Positions 7,887-12,434 of a stretch of 12,434 bases of DNA are shown piece after piece. Both the position numbers and the translations under genes were made by a program. Below the pieces are notes generated by a model. The model was not told the origin of the DNA. It did not search any database and was given only the letters and a program-made list of their open reading frames with translations. The DNA is from Campylobacterales bacterium (lineage in GTDB: Bacteria > Campylobacterota > Campylobacteria > Campylobacterales > Sulfurimonadaceae). The stretch spans positions 1-12,434 of the forward strand of contig JBBRBK010000055.1 in assembly GCA_038205935.1 (NCBI GenBank), read 5' to 3'. Positions within the stretch are counted from its first letter, which is position 1, and every line of letters starts with the position of its first letter.

Positions 7887-8336
7887 TTAATAATGATCGT
7901 GGCGACGATCTCTATCGTCATCTCTACGATGTTCACGGTCATCACGACGGTCGTCTCTATAGTGATCACGGCGATCATCTCTATGATTATACATATCTCT
8001 ATGATAACGATGTTGTCTATTATATTCTATAGGTTCATCGTAATAACGATCATTAGTATGTACTACTTTTACAACTCTTATAGGTTGAGAATTTCTATCG
8101 TACACAACACCTCTATCTCTTGAAGAATCATCTCTAGAGCCAGCTGCTGCACCCAAAGCTCCGCCAATTCCGCCACCAATAATTGCACCATTTGTACCAC
8201 CAGCCATTGATCCCACAGCAGCACCTACACCCGCACCTATCATACTCCCAAGAACTGCACTTCCATCTATATCTCGAGCTTGGAGTCCCACGCTAAGTAA
8301 TAATGTACATAAGGTTACTAAAATTTTATTTTTCAT
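7887..8336 (-). CDS. Secreted glycine-zipper protein with an Arg/Asp/His-rich low-complexity C-terminus, 149 aa
   Basis: Start moved from the ORF-track position 8384 to ATG 8336, because of an AAGGAG Shine-Dalgarno and a TATAAT at 8362-8367. Signal peptide MKNKILVTLCTLLLSVGLQA. GxxxGxxxG repeats GSAVLGSMIGAGVGAAVG and GAIIGGGIGGALGAAAG. Tail rich in R, D and H. Confidence 0.85.
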   Translation of the reverse strand: MKNKILVTLCTLLLSVGLQARDIDGSAVLGSMIGAGVGAAVGSMAGGTNGAIIGGGIGGALGAAAGSRDDSSRDRGVVYDRNSQPIRVVKVVHTNDRYYDEPIEYNRQHRYHRDMYNHRDDRRDHYRDDRRDDREHRRDDDRDRRHDHY

Positions 8337-8361
8337 AAGTAATCTCCTTTTATGATTTGGA

Positions 8362-8367
8362 ATTATA
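8362..8367 (-). promoter_or_regulatory. Putative -10 box (TATAAT) for the glycine-zipper gene
   Basis: Minus strand reads gtgTATAATtccaaatcataaAAGGAGattacttATG. Confidence 0.65.
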
Positions 8368-8387
8368 CACAAGATAAAAAACAATGT

Positions 8388-9545
8388 TTAGTCAGATTTT
8401 ATTTTAAGCGCTAAGAGAGCAAACAAGGAAGTAATACTCATCATAATAAATATAGGCGTTAACTCTGCTGTATGTATCAAAGATGCTAAAAATCCAATAA
8501 AACCGGCAATTGTGAATTCTGTAACTCCAATCACAGAGTTTGCAATGCCACTATCATTTTTAAAATACTCCAAAGCAGTTGCAATCCCATTACCAAAAAT
8601 AATTCCTAAAATGCCGACATAAATAGTCATCACTAATGTGATAGCAATAAGATTTGGAGCTGTAAATGCAATGAGAGAGAGAATAATTCCCGCAGCAAAC
8701 TGGATGAAAAGTCCGATTTTTAAAATATTTTTTGGTTCATATTGCTCTACGAGTTTGATATTGTAACGAGTGAGTAAAATCATTACTAATACATTGAGTC
8801 CAAAAAGAAAAGGGAAGAGTTGTTTTGATACGCCAAAATAGCTAATGTAAATAAAGCTTGATTTTTCAATGAAGATAAACATACCTGAAAAGCCAAATGA
8901 GAGAGCGATGATAAATCCAAGTGCATCTTTATGGGTTAAAACTCTTTTATATGCTTCTAAGACCTTCGATTTTGTAGGTGTGCCAGTTTCAACCAAGTTA
9001 AACGAAAGTGCAACTAAGACGAAGAGAGAATATAATCCTAAAAATAAAAATATGTAATTCCACCTAAAATAAGAGATGATGACAGCTCCAAGTGTTGGCG
9101 CAAGCATAGGTGCTAGCATTGTGATCGATGCGATAGTTGAAAAAGCTTTAGCCGCTTCTTTGCCGTGGAAAATATCTCTTACCATAGCAGAAGAGTTTAC
9201 GATGGCAAGTCCCCCTGAAAATGCTTGGATAGCGCGGAAGATATAAAGTTCTTGCAGTGAGGCAGAAAAATAAAGAGCAAAATTCGCTAAAGTGAAAACA
9301 CTTAAACCGATAAGAGCGATTTTTTTTCTGCCGTATCTATCTGAGAGTATTCCACCAAAAAGTTGTCCTATAGCAAAAGAGATCAAGAAGATACTTATGG
9401 TCATCTCGATTTTTTCTATATCTACATGTAAAGATCTTGCGATATCAGGCATCGAGGGTAAATAAGTGTCAATGGATAATGGAGTTACCGAGGTGAGAAG
9501 TGCAAGTAAAATGATAAGCACTGTGTAATTGTTAGCAGTTTTCAT
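8388..9545 (-). CDS. Bcr/CflA-family (DHA1) multidrug efflux MFS transporter, 385 aa
   Basis: Motif D2 SIDTYLPSMP, motif A GILSDRYGRK, motif B IFRAIQAF and motif C APMLAPTLG, with about 12 hydrophobic helices. Confidence 0.93.
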   Translation of the reverse strand: MKTANNYTVLIILLALLTSVTPLSIDTYLPSMPDIARSLHVDIEKIEMTISIFLISFAIGQLFGGILSDRYGRKKIALIGLSVFTLANFALYFSASLQELYIFRAIQAFSGGLAIVNSSAMVRDIFHGKEAAKAFSTIASITMLAPMLAPTLGAVIISYFRWNYIFLFLGLYSLFVLVALSFNLVETGTPTKSKVLEAYKRVLTHKDALGFIIALSFGFSGMFIFIEKSSFIYISYFGVSKQLFPFLFGLNVLVMILLTRYNIKLVEQYEPKNILKIGLFIQFAAGIILSLIAFTAPNLIAITLVMTIYVGILGIIFGNGIATALEYFKNDSGIANSVIGVTEFTIAGFIGFLASLIHTAELTPIFIMMSITSLFALLALKIKSD

Positions 9546-9551
9546 TAGGAG

Positions 9552-9595
9552 ATTATATCCTTTCCTATCACTTTAGGTAGGAATAAAGATATAAT
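9552..9595. promoter_or_regulatory. Compact divergent promoter with back-to-back TATAAT boxes and an internal inverted repeat
   Basis: TATAAT on the minus strand at 9552-9557 and on the plus strand at 9590-9595, with TTCCTATC-acttta-GGTAGGAA between them. Confidence 0.7.
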
Positions 9596-9619
9596 TCGCC
9601 TCAAAAATAAGGATACTTG

Positions 9620-10021
9620 ATGCTAAAACGCTTTGCTTTAATACTGTTTCTTCTCGTTGGATCTCTTAGCGCGACAGAACTTTCACAAATGGATTCTTTT
9701 CGTTCTAAAATTTTAACTTCCGCTGTTTCTCTTTACTTCCAGTCTCGAGGATATGGTACGGTTGAGAATGCTACTGTAGATACAACGAAAAAAACGCTGA
9801 ATTTTATTCTTGCACCTGAGGGAGAGACACAAAAACTCTTCATTACAATCGGTTCATATATGACTTTTACAATAGATAATAAAGAATATTTGGTTCTGCA
9901 AAAAGTACAAACAAACAGAGTCTGGCTAAATCGTATTTTTGCAGATCATATGAAAGAGGGAATTAAAATTCCACTAGGAACTATGTCTAAGGGAATGGGA
10001 TCACTGATTTTAAATATCTAA
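9620..10021 (+). CDS. Hypothetical exported protein, 133 aa
   Basis: The AAGGA Shine-Dalgarno at 9609-9613 is well spaced to ATG 9620, whereas the ORF track uses TTG 9617. Sec signal peptide MLKRFALILFLLVGSLSA. It has its own -10 box. No family recognised. Confidence 0.8.
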   Translation: MLKRFALILFLLVGSLSATELSQMDSFRSKILTSAVSLYFQSRGYGTVENATVDTTKKTLNFILAPEGETQKLFITIGSYMTFTIDNKEYLVLQKVQTNRVWLNRIFADHMKEGIKIPLGTMSKGMGSLILNI

Positions 10022-10026
10022 CTCTT

Positions 10027-10836
10027 TTACTGACTTAGCTGAACTGCTAAATCAGTATAAATACGAGCCTTTTCAATATTGAGACGGTTCGTATCCGCAC
10101 TGTGCTCAAGAAGAGTAATTTTTTGATTTAACTGTATCATTTTTGCATTGATTGAGTTTCTATTTTCATTGACTTTCGTTTTATCCGAAGTAGAAGCAGT
10201 TTCTGGAGCTTTTGAAAATCCTACATAATTTTTTGCTTGAGAAAAATAATTTCCTGTCGTATCTAGTGCATCCGCTATACTTTGCGTTGTTGCCGCCATC
10301 ATCGCCGTTGATGATGATATCTGTTTTAAAGATACTTGTAAATTTCGTGCATCACGCAACAAGACAGAATCAGCAAAAGTTGCCAATCTAGCTAAGTCAG
10401 CTGGTGGTGCTGTATTAGGGCTGAGTTTGTCAAAGCTATCCAAAAAAGATGCTGAGCTTTTTTTGTAACGATCCAATGCATCGGCTGCAACACTAAGATG
10501 AAGCGCTGTTTTTGAGATCAGTTTTGTTGTGTTGGAAATCTCTCCGGCGTAGGGAATAGGTAAAAATCTTACAACATTGCTGATGTAAACACTTGATTTA
10601 ATCATAGTTGCATAGTTGTTGACAGTTACTCTCATCGCACCTATAAATCCATCGAAAGTATCAATATTTTTTTTATCTTCACGAAGCAAATTTGCGACAC
10701 GCGCAAGAGAGTCATAACCATAACTACTTAACTGGGCACTGTTGAGACAAGCCGCTTGAGACGGTTGTGGCGTTGATTGTGGCATACATCCTGTAAATAA
10801 GAGAATTGCCATGGCTATTAATATCGATTGTTTCAT
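10027..10836 (-). CDS. Hypothetical lipoprotein, predicted alpha-helical, 269 aa
   Basis: Signal peptide ending in lipobox LFTG-C17, then a Pro/Gln linker and amphipathic helical/coiled-coil sequence. GAGG Shine-Dalgarno upstream. No family recognised. Confidence 0.85.
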   Translation of the reverse strand: MKQSILIAMAILLFTGCMPQSTPQPSQAACLNSAQLSSYGYDSLARVANLLREDKKNIDTFDGFIGAMRVTVNNYATMIKSSVYISNVVRFLPIPYAGEISNTTKLISKTALHLSVAADALDRYKKSSASFLDSFDKLSPNTAPPADLARLATFADSVLLRDARNLQVSLKQISSSTAMMAATTQSIADALDTTGNYFSQAKNYVGFSKAPETASTSDKTKVNENRNSINAKMIQLNQKITLLEHSADTNRLNIEKARIYTDLAVQLSQ

Positions 10837-10897
10837 CTGTTTTTTCCTCTAATGAAAATTATTGATTGTGTATATTTTGTGGAGTTTTGGAAGCGGA

Positions 10898-10903
10898 ATT
10901 ATA
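10898..10903 (-). promoter_or_regulatory. Putative -10 box (TATAAT) for the lipoprotein gene
   Basis: Minus strand reads aagcTATAATtccgc, with A-tracts upstream, about 61 nt before the ATG. Confidence 0.6.
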
Positions 10904-10931
10904 GCTTGTTTTTCTTTAGATATTTTTCTTC

Positions 10932-10948
10932 GTAGGAATTATTCCTAC
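10932..10948. repeat. Inverted repeat just after the gltA stop (terminator or operator)
   Basis: GTAGGAAT-t-ATTCCTAC has perfect 8-bp arms and lies 4 nt downstream of the gltA stop. Confidence 0.6.
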
Positions 10949-10952
10949 AAAG

Positions 10953-12233
10953 TTAATCTCCTAGATAGAGTTGACGAGGACGAGCGATTTTTGCATCTTT
11001 ATCTTTTTTAAATTCTATCCACTGTGTTATCCATCCAACAGTTCTTCCGATGACAAAAACAGGTGTAAACATAGAGGTAGGAATCTTGAGTGCTGTTAGG
11101 ATAATGCCAGAATAAAAGTCTATATTTGGATATAACTTTCGACTGATAAAATATTCATCACTTAAAGCAATAGTCTCTATTTTATGTGCTATTTTTAAAA
11201 GATTTGAATCTATATTGAGCTCATCTTTGAGTTGGTCTTGAAGTGTTTTTAATATTTTGGCTCTTGGATCATAGTTTTTATAGACACGATGTCCAAATCC
11301 CATAAGTCTAAATGAGTCATTTGGGTCTTTTGCACGCTCTATATATGTATCTACATTTTTCACACTTCCAATCATCTCTAACTGTGCGATAACAGATTCA
11401 TTAGCGCCTCCATGTGCTCGTCCCCAAAGCGCAGAGATACCAGAACTAATAGCGACATATGGATGAGCACCGGTGGATGCCACGCCTCGGACTGTGGTTG
11501 TCGAAGCATTTTGTTCATGGTCTGCATGAAGCGTAAAAATCGTGTCGAGTGCTTTTATCTCTATCTCTTTTATTTTCTCTTCTCCGTTGATGCCACGATG
11601 CATTTTTCCTCCCGGATAAGCTCGTAACATATATAAAAAGTTCTCAGTAAAACCTCTGTTGATATCTGGTTGAATAAATGGAGCACCAATGGAGTGCCTA
11701 TATGCAAAGGCAGCAATTGTAGGCATTTTTGCGATGATCCTTCTTGCCATCTCTTGGTACTCATCTTCTTTACAAATCTCTAAATGTGAAAAATAAAAAG
11801 TAGAGAGGGCAGAAGTGGCTGAACAAAGTGTTGCCATAGGATGAGAATCGGAGGGAAAGGCTTGAAAAAGATGTCGAAGTCCTTCATGTAAAAATGAGCG
11901 GTGACGCAGTTCTAAATCAAACTCTAAAGATTCTTGTTCAGTTGGTAGGCGAGAATTCAAGAGCAAATGACAGACATCAAGGTAGCTGTGATTTAATGCC
12001 AGTTCTTCGATATCAATACCTCGATATCTAAGTTCGCCTTTTTCTCCATCTATAAAAGTGATAGTTGATTTACAACTTGCAGTCGATGTATATCCGTTAT
12101 CAAAAGTAAACATTCCAGTTTGTGCAAAAAATGAGGAGATATTGACAACACTCGGACCACGTGTTGCTTCTAAAATATCAAATTCATAACTTTTACTAGT
12201 TCTATTGTCAATCATAGTAATACTATTTTTCAT
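10953..12233 (-). CDS. gltA: Citrate synthase (Gram-negative type with N-terminal extension), 426 aa
   Basis: Motifs [58 protein letters not shown] and YPNIDFYSG, so the catalytic His/His/Asp are intact. Start moved to ATG 12233 because the AAGGA Shine-Dalgarno (12240-12244) directly abuts the TTG at 12239. Confidence 0.96.
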   Translation of the reverse strand: MKNSITMIDNRTSKSYEFDILEATRGPSVVNISSFFAQTGMFTFDNGYTSTASCKSTITFIDGEKGELRYRGIDIEELALNHSYLDVCHLLLNSRLPTEQESLEFDLELRHRSFLHEGLRHLFQAFPSDSHPMATLCSATSALSTFYFSHLEICKEDEYQEMARRIIAKMPTIAAFAYRHSIGAPFIQPDINRGFTENFLYMLRAYPGGKMHRGINGEEKIKEIEIKALDTIFTLHADHEQNASTTTVRGVASTGAHPYVAISSGISALWGRAHGGANESVIAQLEMIGSVKNVDTYIERAKDPNDSFRLMGFGHRVYKNYDPRAKILKTLQDQLKDELNIDSNLLKIAHKIETIALSDEYFISRKLYPNIDFYSGIILTALKIPTSMFTPVFVIGRTVGWITQWIEFKKDKDAKIARPRQLYLGD

Positions 12234-12258
12234 AGCCAATCCTTAGATGAGAAAAACT

Positions 12259-12264
12259 ATTGTA
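12259..12264 (-). promoter_or_regulatory. Putative -10 box (TACAAT) for gltA
   Basis: Minus strand reads gagtTACAATagtttttctcatctAAGGAttggctATG. Confidence 0.5.
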
Positions 12265-12376
12265 ACTCAAATCTAGACAAAGCGTATGTGTATAATAAAA
12301 TCTAATCGGTATATTTTATAAGAGGTAAAGCAAAAGTTCAGAGTTTTATAATGTAAGAGAAGAATTTTTTTATAGA

Positions 12377-12434
12377 TGGATGGGGTGAAGGGATTCGAAC
12401 CCCTGATATCGGTACCAAAAACCGAGGCCTTACC
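12377..12434 (-). tRNA. tRNA-Gln(UUG); 5' end lies outside the window
   Basis: Minus strand reads GGTAAGGC-C-TCGGT-TTTTGGT-ACCGA-TATC-AGGGG-TTCGAAT-CCCTT-CACCCCA-T-CCA. This gives the D-loop end, an anticodon stem with TTG anticodon, the T-arm, the acceptor strand and an encoded CCA. Confidence 0.95.

Noticed and set aside
7890..8024. CRISPR array or DNA tandem repeat
   Set aside because: The repeats are short, in-frame and synonymously diverged, with no repeat-spacer structure.
7893..8123. Hydrophobic 76-aa plus-strand ORF that looks like a membrane peptide or toxin
   Set aside because: Its Ile/Val/Ser/Thr content is the expected mirror of the Asp/Arg/His codons on the opposite strand, and it has no Shine-Dalgarno.
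8337..8384. ORF-track N-terminal extension of the glycine-zipper gene
   Set aside because: It spans the gene's own -10 box and Shine-Dalgarno, and the signal peptide begins at ATG 8336.
8869..9057. 62-aa plus-strand ORF
   Set aside because: Antisense within the MFS gene.
9562..9583. Resemblance of TTCCTAT...TAGGAA to an FRT or tyrosine-recombinase site
   Set aside because: The spacing differs from FRT, the arms are short, and no recombinase is present.
11412..11764. 71-aa plus-strand and 64-aa minus-strand ORFs
   Set aside because: Alternative frames within gltA.
7887..12434. Genomic island integrated at the tRNA-Gln 3' end
   Set aside because: I found no integrase, no duplicated tRNA 3' end (att site) and no obvious compositional shift, and the adjacent gene is the housekeeping gltA.

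Overview
AT-rich bacterial chromosomal DNA, most likely from Campylobacterota (Sulfurimonas/Sulfuricurvum-like). The taxonomy is inferred from gene content, promoter style and protein sequences, not from a search. From left to right the window holds: the 5' part of a succinate dehydrogenase/fumarate reductase Fe-S subunit gene (missed by the ORF track because it runs off the window); its flavoprotein gene, with no membrane-anchor gene upstream; a membrane-bound degenerate GGDEF protein; a thiL-truD-psd-rmuC operon; a secreted glycine-zipper protein with an Arg/Asp/His-rich tail; a Bcr/CflA MFS efflux pump; a small secreted hypothetical protein; an uncharacterised helical lipoprotein; citrate synthase; and the 3' part of tRNA-Gln(UUG). 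It is mostly housekeeping DNA, and I see no mobile element, CRISPR array or clear new multi-gene system. The best leads are the anchor-less SdhAB/FrdAB arrangement, a probably inactive GGDEF sensor, two probable leaderless genes, a near-palindromic bidirectional promoter, a perfect 26-bp palindrome, and three uncharacterised exported proteins.
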